From positions 1 through 64,000 of IMG/VR virus record IMGVR_UViG_3300032313_000500: a stretch of DNA of 64,000 nucleotides. One strand, 5' to 3'. Of this stretch, positions 10,812 through 20,600 are shown piece after piece. The notes under the pieces were generated by a model, which saw only the letters and a program-made list of their open reading frames with translations, was not told the DNA's origin and did no database searches. The translations under genes and the position numbers were made by a program. This DNA is from a virus. Each line of letters begins with the position of its first letter. The stretch's first letter is position 1.

Positions 10812-13800
10812 TATCTTCTCTCCGAGTTTGAACGTTCAGCATCTCTTACTCTTTGCATAACGATGTCTGCTATCTCTTTGGCAGAAGCATTTTGACTTCC
10901 GGTCACATAGAAGTTGTATTCGTTGCCTCCACCGCCAGAACCGACGGTCATTGGCTGCTGGAGTGTTCTTGCAACAGGCATTCCGTTGTCACCCATTGCG
11001 CCTGAACCGGGAACAACATGAAGATGTCTTGCTTTGTTTACTCCGTGAAACTCGGCAAAACCACCAGTTGACCTTACAAGGGATTGGTACTGTCCAAGGT
11101 TTTGTCCAACTAGGTCATACGCTCTTCCTGTTACATGGTCGGAGTTTATAGAACCAAGACCATAGTTTCTGTACCCAGAAGTAACGGTTCTTTTGCCAGT
11201 TAATGCGCCATTCATTGATGCGTGGCGACTCATTGTTTGAGAAAGACGACTTGAGGTTGTGTCACCAAAAGCCTGTCCACGAGGAGTAGAAGTGTCTTCC
11301 GGCTTTGTGTTCCACCATGTCGGAGGAGTGCTGTACCAAGAAGGAGTTGCCTTATCTGTTTCTTCAAAAAAGATTTTCATTTGGTCAATAAGCGCCGTTG
11401 TCTTCTCTGCTATTGCTTCAGGAAGTTTGGTTAAGTCTGTGGTTTCCGTTGGCGTTTTTGCGGTGACTAGCCCCTCTAGGCCTAGCGCCTTCAATAGTGC
11501 TACTTCGGCTTTTCCACCAGACGCCTCCACCAATCTCATTCCAGCAGCGCCAGAAGGTAAAGCAAAACCACCTTCTGCCGCTTTTTCTAGTGCCACCTGC
11601 TGCTCTGGAGTCATAGACTTGAATCGTTTTGTGAATTCGGCAACATTAATTGAATTTCCACCCTGGAGAAGTTTGGCATTTAATTCTCCACCAAGACTGT
11701 TACCTAGGTCTGTGCTTGTTTTGTCAAAATATTCTTTAAGGGCAGGATTATTGGCAAAATCAATCTGCCCTTCCATTCCTTCAAAAGTTCTTCCCTTGCC
11801 GAACGCGCCACCCTGTTCGTAGTCTTTGCGTAATTGCGCAAATGAACTGACCCCCTCGCCAAAGTAGGCGGTGTAGTTTTTGACCTGGTCTTCCATGTAG
11901 GTGTTGATGTCTGTTTCTTTTAATTTTCCAGCGCCCGCTTGTTCTCTAAGTGACTCTGCCCTTTCGTCAATTATTTCTGGAGCACGAGCAGCAGCAGTGT
12001 ATTTTTGGAAAATTGACGTGTTGTCTATTACTATGCTTGTTGTTGCTGCTCTTATTTGTTGAGCAGTTTTAACTGTCGTCAAGCCAAGTTCTTTGAGAAC
12101 TTCGTTGAAGTCTTTAGTGCTGTCCATGAGATTGACGCCCATTGTTTTAGCAAGGGCTATGTTTTCTTGGTCTGATTTACCTGTGATTTTTGCTAAAGCA
12201 TCAAGACGACTGTTGTAGTTTTTTTGAAGTGGAGCCATTGCTGCTTCGCTGACTTCCATATCTTTTTGCATTTTTCTCAAAGCCTCACCAGGCTTCTTCA
12301 TCATGTCTTTATATTGTGTTTCAGAAATTTTAGTGCCGTACTTAGATTGGTTTCTATAAATACTGGTTAGTTTTGATTCTTGTTTTTGTCTATCAACATC
12401 TTTTTTGTTATTAGTTCCATATCCAAGAGGGTTTAAAACCCTGTTGTCCAAAAGGCTCTTGCCACCAAGTTTGGAAACAATTCCAGCAGTCAGGTTTCCG
12501 ACGATGTCCATGTTCATCGTTGTTCCGCCAAGAATTTTTCTTACAATTTTTGGCATTCTTTTACCAGTAGCGCTTTCAAATGCGAGTCCGGCTTGACCAC
12601 CAGTGGCACCACGATTTAAAACGTCTGGAACTATTCCATAATAGTTTTTTCTGTTTAGTGGTACTCCGGCCGTATCTTCAGAAAGTTTTTTACTGTATTT
12701 TAATGCGCCTGCTAAAGCGTTTCTAGTACCACTTCTACCAACGCCAGTTTCTCCGCGTACAGCATCAAGAGCAAAAGAAAAAGCATTATCAATAATGCTC
12801 TGTGCTACTTCTCCAGCAGCCTTTTTTGATGCTTTAACTTCTTCCTTCTTCTTATTTAGTGTTCCCATGATTCCACCAGTAACACCACCAATAAGACCAC
12901 CGATGATTGCGCCTGCGGCCGTACCAATTACTGGAACAAAAGAACCAATAAGTGCACCAGCAGCGGCACCTCCAGCAAGACCACTAACCGCACCACCGGT
13001 TGCGGTCTTTGATTTCATTGCAGTTCCAAGACCTGCTACAGCAATACCCGCAAGTGGGTTCATTTGACCGACTGCAGCGCCTAAAGCGAGCGCACCTTGT
13101 GCTTCTTCTGGAGCAAACTGTGACGCAGCACCGAGAAGCATTGTTGTTCCCATTCGTGCGCTACCAGAGCCTTGGAACTTGCCCATGGCTTTCATTCCTC
13201 TAGATTGTCTTGGTCCAGAACGAGCAGCACGGTTAGCAGCGGCTCTTTGTCTTAGTTTTGCGCCTCTAGTGAATTGCCCTCTGCTGTTTCTTTTGTTGGC
13301 TTTGTCGGCTGCTGCTTTCTCGCCAGTAGGGTCTTCTGCGTCGCCATACATATAGTTGTATGTACCTTGTCTTGCCAACTGCGATATTGCCGCTAACTTA
13401 GGGTTTCTAAGTCTTGACATTCCGACTCTGTAACCGCCTGGATTTGAAGCAGACATTCCAGGACGATTCCAAATCATGTTTCCATCGGGGTCAACGTCGT
13501 TCATGCTGTACGTTCCGCCTGGTCGCACATTCCTTCCACCAAGAAAAGACGAAGGGCCGACTGGGTAACTTCCAACTCTTCCTAGGGCGCTATAGAAACT
13601 GCCTCCACCGCCAGCGCCTGTTCTTGATGCAAAGCCTCCACCGCCAGCGCCTGTTCTTGATGCAAAGCCTCCGCCAGTACCTGTTCTTGATGGAACACCA
13701 CCACCGGTTCCGCCGTAATAGGCTCCGGTTGTTCCTAGCGAACCACCACCGGTTACTCCACCTCTTCCGCCTCCTGGGGCATGACCTCCAGGTGTTCCGC

Positions 13801-15487
13801 TAGTAATGATTGTTGCATTGGGGGCATTGATGGTTGCGTTTTTTGTAACAGCGCTTGCTGTCCATCCACCTTTTGTGCCCTTCATTGCGTTCAATCCACC
13901 ACGAACAGCAAGAAGCGTTGCAAGTGCGCCTACGGTTCCGCCTCCACTCAATGACCGCATCCCCTTTATAAAACCAGTCATTTGGCTGACCATTGCAGAA
14001 ATACCATTGACAACATCATTGATAAATGGCATTAAATCCTGCAGCAACTTTTTCATTTCTGCTTGAAACTTCATTATTTCACCAATGAGTTCACCAATTC
14101 TGTCTCCGAACTCAATTACGGTTGCTTTGTTATTTACTAGCCAATCGTTGAACTGTCCAAAACTTGATGCGGCAATATTTTTGACATGCACCCAAATTGC
14201 GCCAAACATGCTTTCAATTACACGCGCACCCTCTATGAATGGCCTGAGTTTGTCAAGCGTGGCATCCCAGCCGTATTTAAACTCTTTCCACCATCCAGCC
14301 ATCCTGTCAAACATTCCAGTAACGGTTCCAAGGTTTTCGTTAATCAAGTTAACCGAAAGGTCTGTAAGTTTTTGTACCATGCCTACAAGACCATCAAGCA
14401 TTGATGTCATGCCAAATCTTTGTGTACTTCCTGAAATTTTTGCAAAGCCACGGCTGAGGATGCCAAAAATCTCAAACATTGATTTCTTGATTGGTTCCAG
14501 AAGCGGTTGACCCATATCTCCAAACTGAACCTTGAGAAGATTGAAGTATCCTTTAAGTTTATTAATCAAAGTTCCAGATACTGCTTCAAACTGGCCTTCA
14601 AGGCCAGCCGCCTTTGCAAGTTCACCAGACGTAATCGCCGCCTCAAGAGATTTCTTGTTATTGATTTTTAGGTCTTTGAATGCTTTGTCAACTTTTGCTT
14701 TATCGGGAAATAGTTTTTGCGCAGAAACCTTGGCCTCGGAAAAAGATTTTTTTGAATCCTGAAGAAGCGCAACTAGGTCTGCTGCTTTTTTGATTCCTTC
14801 TTCAATCGGCTGACCTGCTGAAGCAAAGTCCATCAGTCCTTTAAGAAGTCCTTGGCTCTTTCCTGTGAATGTTGAAGTCTTTGAGATGGTCGCAAAAGCG
14901 GCGTTTAAGTTTTCTACACCGACAGAAGCAAGGTCTACGTCAGCATGAAGGCCACGCATTACTTGTCTTGTTTGATTTAAACTAGAACCAAACTGGCCCT
15001 TGCTTGTTGTTTTGTATGCAAACATTGCCGCTTGCTGTTCACGTATTGCAGCCGACGCAGCAGCAGCCGCAGCCACCACAGCGGTCATACCAGCAGCAAG
15101 TGGACCTAGGGTAGACCTCATGAGTTTCATGGCTCCATTACCTAGCAGGAACGCAGCATGAACACCCAGCATTGCAGCGCCCATGGCTGCCATTTCTATA
15201 CTGGCACCCTTCAGAGAAAGGCTTAGACCTTTTAATCCGACAGTTCCAACCATTTTGATTGCTTTGTCAAATTCGTCAAATGTACGTTTCCATTTAACAA
15301 GGGTTTTGGTGACACTAGAACCACCTCCGCCGCCGCCACCTGCGCCAGTGCTTGACGCTAGGCCAGAACCAATTTTATTGATTCTTCTCTCAAGTTTGTC
15401 AACGGAACTTTCAACGCTTTTAAGTTGCGCTTTGGCCCTGGCGGCACCGTCTACATCAATCTGTAGTTCAATTTTCGCTTCGGCCAT
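10811..15487 (-). CDS. Tape measure protein with C-terminal M15-type (Zn D-Ala-D-Ala) peptidase domain
   Basis: 1558 aa, Ala/Gly-rich and helical with hydrophobic stretches, downstream of the tail chaperones. The C-terminus has VTSGYR, SDHVTGRAYD and HLHV, the M15/LAS Zn-ligand motifs. Confidence 0.85.
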   Translation of the reverse strand: MAEAKIELQIDVDGAARAKAQLKSVESSVDKLERRINKIGSGLASSTGAGGGGGGGSSVTKTLVKWKRTFDEFDKAIKMVGTVGLKGLSLSLKGASIEMAAMGAAMLGVHAAFLLGNGAMKLMRSTLGPLAAGMTAVVAAAAAASAAIREQQAAMFAYKTTSKGQFGSSLNQTRQVMRGLHADVDLASVGVENLNAAFATISKTSTFTGKSQGLLKGLMDFASAGQPIEEGIKKAADLVALLQDSKKSFSEAKVSAQKLFPDKAKVDKAFKDLKINNKKSLEAAITSGELAKAAGLEGQFEAVSGTLINKLKGYFNLLKVQFGDMGQPLLEPIKKSMFEIFGILSRGFAKISGSTQRFGMTSMLDGLVGMVQKLTDLSVNLINENLGTVTGMFDRMAGWWKEFKYGWDATLDKLRPFIEGARVIESMFGAIWVHVKNIAASSFGQFNDWLVNNKATVIEFGDRIGELIGEIMKFQAEMKKLLQDLMPFINDVVNGISAMVSQMTGFIKGMRSLSGGGTVGALATLLAVRGGLNAMKGTKGGWTASAVTKNATINAPNATIITSGTPGGHAPGGGRGGVTGGGSLGTTGAYYGGTGGGVPSRTGTGGGFASRTGAGGGGFASRTGAGGGGSFYSALGRVGSYPVGPSSFLGGRNVRPGGTYSMNDVDPDGNMIWNRPGMSASNPGGYRVGMSRLRNPKLAAISQLARQGTYNYMYGDAEDPTGEKAAADKANKRNSRGQFTRGAKLRQRAAANRAARSGPRQSRGMKAMGKFQGSGSARMGTTMLLGAASQFAPEEAQGALALGAAVGQMNPLAGIAVAGLGTAMKSKTATGGAVSGLAGGAAAGALIGSFVPVIGTAAGAIIGGLIGGVTGGIMGTLNKKKEEVKASKKAAGEVAQSIIDNAFSFALDAVRGETGVGRSGTRNALAGALKYSKKLSEDTAGVPLNRKNYYGIVPDVLNRGATGGQAGLAFESATGKRMPKIVRKILGGTTMNMDIVGNLTAGIVSKLGGKSLLDNRVLNPLGYGTNNKKDVDRQKQESKLTSIYRNQSKYGTKISETQYKDMMKKPGEALRKMQKDMEVSEAAMAPLQKNYNSRLDALAKITGKSDQENIALAKTMGVNLMDSTKDFNEVLKELGLTTVKTAQQIRAATTSIVIDNTSIFQKYTAAARAPEIIDERAESLREQAGAGKLKETDINTYMEDQVKNYTAYFGEGVSSFAQLRKDYEQGGAFGKGRTFEGMEGQIDFANNPALKEYFDKTSTDLGNSLGGELNAKLLQGGNSINVAEFTKRFKSMTPEQQVALEKAAEGGFALPSGAAGMRLVEASGGKAEVALLKALGLEGLVTAKTPTETTDLTKLPEAIAEKTTALIDQMKIFFEETDKATPSWYSTPPTWWNTKPEDTSTPRGQAFGDTTSSRLSQTMSRHASMNGALTGKRTVTSGYRNYGLGSINSDHVTGRAYDLVGQNLGQYQSLVRSTGGFAEFHGVNKARHLHVVPGSGAMGDNGMPVARTLQQPMTVGSGGGGNEYNFYVTGSQNASAKEIADIVMQRVRDAERSNSERR
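13601..13696 (-). repeat. 33-nt tandem repeat in tape measure gene (GFASRTGAGGG x2 plus a variant)
   Basis: gcctccaccgccagcgcctgttcttgatgcaaa occurs twice, followed by a degenerate third copy. Confidence 0.9.
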
Positions 15488-15523
15488 GGGCTACTCCAGA
15501 ATTACATGAGCGACCAAAGGTTT

Positions 15524-15724
15524 TTACGCTTTTTGCGCTTTTTGTTGTTCTTCGCGGTCGTTAGAAACCACTTTAGCACAAGCAAGGCGTATCAGCCATT
15601 CATCATCGCTACAATCAAGGAGTCTTACGGGGTCTGTTCCAAACAGTTCACCTAATCGCGCAGCAGAGACGATTAGGGGGTCATTTACTAACTCCCCGAA
15701 GACTCCGTCGTAGGGTCCGAGGTG
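15524..15724 (-). CDS. Tail assembly chaperone C-terminal extension (-1 frame, probable gpGT-type frameshift product)
   Basis: The -1 frame is open from 15724 to TAA at 15526-15524 (..ELVNDPLIVSAARLGELFGTDPVRLLDCSDDEWLIRLACAKVVSNDREEQQKAQKA). It has no ATG and no GTG/TTG near its 5' end, and overlaps the end of the upstream chaperone. Confidence 0.7.
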   Translation of the reverse strand, partial: HLGPYDGVFGELVNDPLIVSAARLGELFGTDPVRLLDCSDDEWLIRLACAKVVSNDREEQQKAQKA

Positions 15725-16227
15725 TCAATTGTATCCGAATAGCCAGCAGCGTCAAGAATCGCCAACGCAGCGGCTTCTAGGTGAGGGTCAACGCCAAAAA
15801 ATGCACGAACTGCCTCTGGAATCGGTCTAGTTGTGTCTGTCATCGTAAGGATGTCAGCCGCCGCAAAGTTAAGCGTGTAGCCGTTCTCGTCGTAAACTTC
15901 TTCGCCATCAAAAACAATGCCAACAGTCGTGCTTCCGATTACGTAGCAGGAGAACTTAATTGAGTCCATCCCGGCTTTGCTGTCTTCTCCGGAGTTCTTA
16001 CGCCACTGACGCAATTGATGTTGCGTGATGTTTGGACTAATTCGCAAAGAAACGCCTGGACGTTCTGGTACGTCAAGACGAACGACTGGTCGTTCAACCT
16101 TCTTTTGAATCACTTCTTTGAGGCGAGAAAGAACATTTGGTTCCTCAACTTTTGGAATTGATGGACTCTTTGGCTCAGCCTTCTTTGGTGAATCAGGCTC
16201 GGTATAAAGGGAGTTGTTTTCTGTCAT
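15688..16227 (-). CDS. Tail assembly chaperone
   Basis: Lies between tail tube and tape measure genes; ends in DPTTESSGS. Confidence 0.75.
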   Translation of the reverse strand: MTENNSLYTEPDSPKKAEPKSPSIPKVEEPNVLSRLKEVIQKKVERPVVRLDVPERPGVSLRISPNITQHQLRQWRKNSGEDSKAGMDSIKFSCYVIGSTTVGIVFDGEEVYDENGYTLNFAAADILTMTDTTRPIPEAVRAFFGVDPHLEAAALAILDAAGYSDTIDTSDPTTESSGS

Positions 16228-16291
16228 AACAGCACATTAGCACAACATCAGATGAGCGGTGCAACTAGGCTGTAAAACGTTTATTTAATTT

Positions 16292-16747
16292 TTATACAAC
16301 GCCTTGAACAGCGAACGTAAGGGCAAACGTTGCTGGAGCACCAGATGATGAGTCACCGTCTGGCTCGGTCATTCCGACAAGCAAGCAATTTGCGTAGGTA
16401 CGGTCAAGACCCTGAACTTTGATGTCGCAGTCATACGTTGTGACGGTGATGTCGTAGTACACGCGACCAATAAGCGGTCTCAATGTCTTAATCTTGGCTG
16501 CGATACCGCTACCGGTGTCTGAAACAACTCTGTCGTCATCGTAGTGAGCGGTAAGTGTGATGTCACCAATCTCTGCTGGTGCGCAAAGTACTTCAGGGAA
16601 CTTTGCTCCACCTGGGTAGATTTTTTCAACGGACGCTGTAATTTCGCCACCTGAAACCTGCGCAAATCTAAACCCTGTCCATTTTGGCGAAGTTGCGCCG
16701 ATTGGACTGATTTCTGCGAGGATTTGCCTCTGTGATACTTTAGCCAT
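16292..16747 (-). CDS. Tail tube protein
   Basis: 151 aa directly after the sheath gene; FAQVSGGEITAS..GDITLT..EPDGDSSSG..TFALTF matches contractile tube proteins. Confidence 0.8.
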   Translation of the reverse strand: MAKVSQRQILAEISPIGATSPKWTGFRFAQVSGGEITASVEKIYPGGAKFPEVLCAPAEIGDITLTAHYDDDRVVSDTGSGIAAKIKTLRPLIGRVYYDITVTTYDCDIKVQGLDRTYANCLLVGMTEPDGDSSSGAPATFALTFAVQGVV

Positions 16748-16760
16748 CGCTTACTCCTGA

Positions 16761-18236
16761 CTAGACTGTAACAGTTGATGTTAGATTTGATTTGACAATT
16801 GTAACTTCAATCTTGTCACCGATTGGCGAAACCCGGATGCCGAGTTGCGCTTTCACTGTTCCTCCTGCAAGTTGTGCAGTCGTATTGATTGAAGTATCGC
16901 ACTTGACCGAGTAACCAGGGTCAATAAGTTTTCCATTGACATCAAGTGCTTCATACAAAGCCCCTACTGCCTTCATTCTTTCGCAAATTCCGGTCAGTCT
17001 GCCCTCAATTGAAGAGAACAAACCGCCACGACCATCAACAACAGCGAAGATTAGGTCTTCCATTGAAGCGTTAGCCTCGGAGACAACGCTGTTGACTGTA
17101 TCTTGGGTTGTGATGAATCTGAAATTTTCTGTGTCCAGTGAAAGTGAACGTGCTCCATAGATTCTCACCGTGTTGGCAATGATTCTAATTGCGTTTACAT
17201 AGTCAGCATCAAGCGAGTCTCCAAGAGTCTTGTTGACGTCAACTTCAACTCCGGTAACAAAACGAGCAGCAGAGATTAAACCAGCATATGGCTGATGAGG
17301 ACCTGTCTGGTTGTGTGCGAGCGCACGCTTTCCAGCAGCGTAACCATCGGGTGGAATCAATCTTGTTACACCAGCAACGTCCGTTGGAACGTATACCCAC
17401 GGGTAGTAGAGAGCGGCATGCTCGGAACCAGTTTCAGCAGCGAGCGACGCTGCTGCTGCAGTAATTCCTGTTGCTGCTTCCGCAAGATGACAGAGTGCGA
17501 TTCTGTTGTATGTGTTTGCATGAGTAATGAGGTCCGTGTTGATTGCATGTGTTTCTGGGCAAGAAACTGCACCAGGACCAAAAGAATCGTTGAACAACTC
17601 AAGAGCATCAGCAAATGCTGTGAACGAAACGTCAACTGTGTTGTCTGTTCTGTCGTCGGCACCGTCAGTAAATGTTCCAGCACCAAATGCTGTTACTGCA
17701 CTCGCTTCTGGCATTCCGTCTGTCAACTTTACAGCCGCCATGTACTTTGAAGCAATAGGGCTGCTGTTAATTGCATTAACAAGAGCAGCGGTTGTCGTCT
17801 TGAGTCCTGTTGCGTAAACAAGTTCGTCGTTGTAATACAACTTAATGTTCTTACTTGAGGAACTAGCAACGACTTCAATATCCATGTCATGTGCCCAGTC
17901 GCCAGGGCCATTTGCCGTAAGTCGGATACAGTTGGCACCACCAACGCCGCCTACGTTAAGAAGTACTTGTGCTGAAGTTGCAGCAGGCCCTACGACTCTT
18001 GCGATATAGCACTGTGTGCCGCCTTCTTCAAAGAAGGTCTGAACGGTCGGGTGAAGGTATGCATATGTTACATAACCACCAAATGTTTCTTCAAACTCTG
18101 CAAGGCTTGTTACGAGAACTGCCTCATCAGAAGGACCACGGTGAGCAAGTCCAACGAAAAATGCCTGCGACGAAGCGCGCACTGTTGTGCTTGTAGGACC
18201 TGTTCTGACTGCTGTAGTAATTGATACGCCTGGCAT
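16761..18236 (-). CDS. Tail sheath protein
   Basis: MPGVSI..FFVGLAHRGP..SLAEFEETFG..FFEEGG..CYIARV; ALYYPWV..IPPDG; RIYGARSL are sheath family motifs. Confidence 0.92.
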   Translation of the reverse strand: MPGVSITTAVRTGPTSTTVRASSQAFFVGLAHRGPSDEAVLVTSLAEFEETFGGYVTYAYLHPTVQTFFEEGGTQCYIARVVGPAATSAQVLLNVGGVGGANCIRLTANGPGDWAHDMDIEVVASSSSKNIKLYYNDELVYATGLKTTTAALVNAINSSPIASKYMAAVKLTDGMPEASAVTAFGAGTFTDGADDRTDNTVDVSFTAFADALELFNDSFGPGAVSCPETHAINTDLITHANTYNRIALCHLAEAATGITAAAASLAAETGSEHAALYYPWVYVPTDVAGVTRLIPPDGYAAGKRALAHNQTGPHQPYAGLISAARFVTGVEVDVNKTLGDSLDADYVNAIRIIANTVRIYGARSLSLDTENFRFITTQDTVNSVVSEANASMEDLIFAVVDGRGGLFSSIEGRLTGICERMKAVGALYEALDVNGKLIDPGYSVKCDTSINTTAQLAGGTVKAQLGIRVSPIGDKIEVTIVKSNLTSTVTV

Positions 18237-18250
18237 GTGACCTCCGTGTC

Positions 18251-18628
18251 TTAAAGTTCGTCGCTGTTAAGCGTCTTACTGTCGTCTGGCAAGTCTAATT
18301 GTACAGAAACTTGCTCTCTAGAATCTGCAACTGTTGTTAAAGTTTCTTCTTTTACTTTTTCAACTTTTGTTTCTTCAATTTTTGTTTTTTTGGGCTTTTC
18401 TTTTGCTTCTTCAGTCTTGACAATTTCAAGTTTGTAAGACTTTACGGCAGAAAGGACATCTGGATTGTCGTCGCAAGAAAATGCTTCGTCCTCTGGATAC
18501 AGCAAAACAGGTGGCAAACCAATGGTTATATTTCTTCCGGAAATGTTCTTGACAACAATATGTCCAGAGCCGTCATTGTCAAAGTCGGATTGACTTTTGA
18601 TTTTTTCAACTTTGTGTGAATGGGTCAT
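18251..18628 (-). CDS. Hypothetical protein
   Basis: 125-aa ORF with GGAG RBS and a Lys/Glu-rich C-half; no recognised family. Confidence 0.6.
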   Translation of the reverse strand: MTHSHKVEKIKSQSDFDNDGSGHIVVKNISGRNITIGLPPVLLYPEDEAFSCDDNPDVLSAVKSYKLEIVKTEEAKEKPKKTKIEETKVEKVKEETLTTVADSREQVSVQLDLPDDSKTLNSDEL

Positions 18629-18667
18629 TTTTGCTCCTGATTGACTTTAATTAGTGTACATCACTAT

Positions 18668-19252
18668 TTACGGCGTTGTATCTAGATTGATAAATTCAAT
18701 CTCTACAGAAGACGCTGCAGCGAGTGGCCTTCTGTCAACAATTTCGTCAATAGATAAGTCATAAGATATGTAGGCCCCAGCAAGAACCCTGTCACCCTTC
18801 AGGAGGGTTAAATCAGAAAATTGTTCTTGCATTGAACCCTCATCTATCTGTAAACGAAAGGTCTCTTGTGGGTCTGTTGCTTTTAGACATGGGTAGTCAA
18901 GCAAGGCAGACCTAACAACCGTAGTGAACCTGTCTCTCATAAGTGTTGTTTCTGCAGAGCCGACGTCTCTAACCCACACATACGTGCGCATCGTGTAATT
19001 GACTCTATACAACGGGTTTGAGCCAGAATATCCAATTCTTTCAATCCTATTCGTGGACATAACGACCGTTATTATCGTTGGCCATTCGTCTAAAGCAATT
19101 GGCTCATAGGTCAAAAACTTGACTGGAGTCGGGAGTTGCTCGTCGTCTGCATTCCAACCGTTTCTGTAGTCAATAATTCTTATAGGAATATCATCACTTA
19201 GATAAGAATTAACGTAATCCTTGGCAAATTGGGCACCGTACATCAGTTCCAT
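18668..19252 (-). CDS. Tail terminator / completion protein
   Basis: Neck-gene position upstream of the sheath; DEWPTIITVVM..YTMRTYVWVR..RFTTVVRSALL fits the gpU-like terminator layout. Confidence 0.55.
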   Translation of the reverse strand: MELMYGAQFAKDYVNSYLSDDIPIRIIDYRNGWNADDEQLPTPVKFLTYEPIALDEWPTIITVVMSTNRIERIGYSGSNPLYRVNYTMRTYVWVRDVGSAETTLMRDRFTTVVRSALLDYPCLKATDPQETFRLQIDEGSMQEQFSDLTLLKGDRVLAGAYISYDLSIDEIVDRRPLAAASSVEIEFINLDTTP

Positions 19253-19686
19253 TAGTTACCCTCGGCAATGTATCGCTCAGCGTCTTTAGCCAGTTTCTTT
19301 GCAAACATCGGTGGCTCAAAGATGATTTCACGTTTTGGCATGCTCCATGTTCCATATTGGTGAAATCTTGCAACCGGTGCGTCGGTTCCAAACCTTGCTG
19401 ATTGACGGTTTATTTCACTAACTGAAAATGTTTCAATACTCTTGAACAGTCCACCAGACCTAACAAGTGTTGGTGCACCCGGAAAACGAACAGACTTCCA
19501 TGCTCCGTATTCAGCATCCAATGGAGCCCATTTTCCATTTCCGTTAGAAAGAAAATGCTTGGTGTAGATGTCTGATAAGTCTTCTTTTGCTCTTCTAAAA
19601 ACAGGACGCAAGTCTTCCACTCTGTCCCTTACGTCTTGTAAGAGTTCCTGAGCATCATTTGTGTTTACTTCAACCCGTACGCGCAT
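19252..19686 (-). CDS. Neck/virion morphogenesis protein (Mu gpG-like)
   Basis: F..NG.GKWAPL..TLVRSGGLFKSI..FGTDAPVARFHQYGT..MPKR matches the phage virion morphogenesis family. Confidence 0.75.
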   Translation of the reverse strand: MRVRVEVNTNDAQELLQDVRDRVEDLRPVFRRAKEDLSDIYTKHFLSNGNGKWAPLDAEYGAWKSVRFPGAPTLVRSGGLFKSIETFSVSEINRQSARFGTDAPVARFHQYGTWSMPKREIIFEPPMFAKKLAKDAERYIAEGN

Positions 19687-19687
19687 C

Positions 19688-20575
19688 TTACGCCACTCTT
19701 GAGCGTTTGTATTTCTTTACAGACATCAGTTCTCTGTCAGTAAATCCTGTTTCAAGTGGAGCGACATTTCTTGGCTCCAAATCTTTAATACCAACAACGT
19801 CGTCATGCATGTTCTGCATTTCCCTAGTTGCTGCCCTGAGAATCAAAAGTTTGAATACAGGTATTGAATCCCCGTCTAATCCAGCCTCGTAAGTAATCGT
19901 TACAGTGTCATCAGCAACAATGTTGAAAATGTCTATTCCGTATCTTCTTACCGTGTAGTTGCTACCAATTGCCTCTGCAAAACCTCCAGAAACATAGGCG
20001 GATAAAGCGCCAGCCTCAACTACAACAACAAACGTATTCGCAGTAACTTCTGTTATTTTTTTATTTAGAACATTGTAACCAATAGGCGTAATTCCAGTAA
20101 CTGTCACATATTGACCAACTGTAAATTTGTGATTAGCAGAAGTAAACGTTATTTTTGTTCCGACCTTTGCCGCTGATGTAACAGTTGCTTCCCTGCTCAC
20201 CGCTTCACCCAGATACGTCGGTGTTGTCCACTGGTTTTGCACCTGAACACTCAACACCCGAGCAACGGGAGAATTTCGCAAATACACCGTTTCTGGAGGC
20301 ATTGCGTAATTCATTGAAGATTGACTTGCGTTTCCATTAGCGGTGTAGAAAGAAGATTCAAGACTGCTTTGATAAAAAAACGAAGACATCGGTATGGCGT
20401 TATGAGTACTTGGAACTTTATATTCCTCAACAAACTCAACTACCTCAATTGGTCTTCTCAGATATGATTCTAATTCGCTTTGAAGGCCAGACAGCACAAT
20501 TTCAGCAGCATCTTGCTGCCTGAGGGACAGGGATATGTCCATGTATGTTACGAGGTCTCGTACTTCAACTAGCAT
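19688..20575 (-). CDS. Head-tail adaptor with an inserted beta-domain
   Basis: LVEVRDLVTYM..LESYLRRPI at the N-terminus and VTITYEAG at the C-terminus are the adaptor pattern. Insert: NHKFTVGQYVTVTG..KITEVTANTF. Confidence 0.65.
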   Translation of the reverse strand: MLVEVRDLVTYMDISLSLRQQDAAEIVLSGLQSELESYLRRPIEVVEFVEEYKVPSTHNAIPMSSFFYQSSLESSFYTANGNASQSSMNYAMPPETVYLRNSPVARVLSVQVQNQWTTPTYLGEAVSREATVTSAAKVGTKITFTSANHKFTVGQYVTVTGITPIGYNVLNKKITEVTANTFVVVVEAGALSAYVSGGFAEAIGSNYTVRRYGIDIFNIVADDTVTITYEAGLDGDSIPVFKLLILRAATREMQNMHDDVVGIKDLEPRNVAPLETGFTDRELMSVKKYKRSRVA

Positions 20576-20600
20576 TGTTTCCCCCTTGGGGACTTATTAA

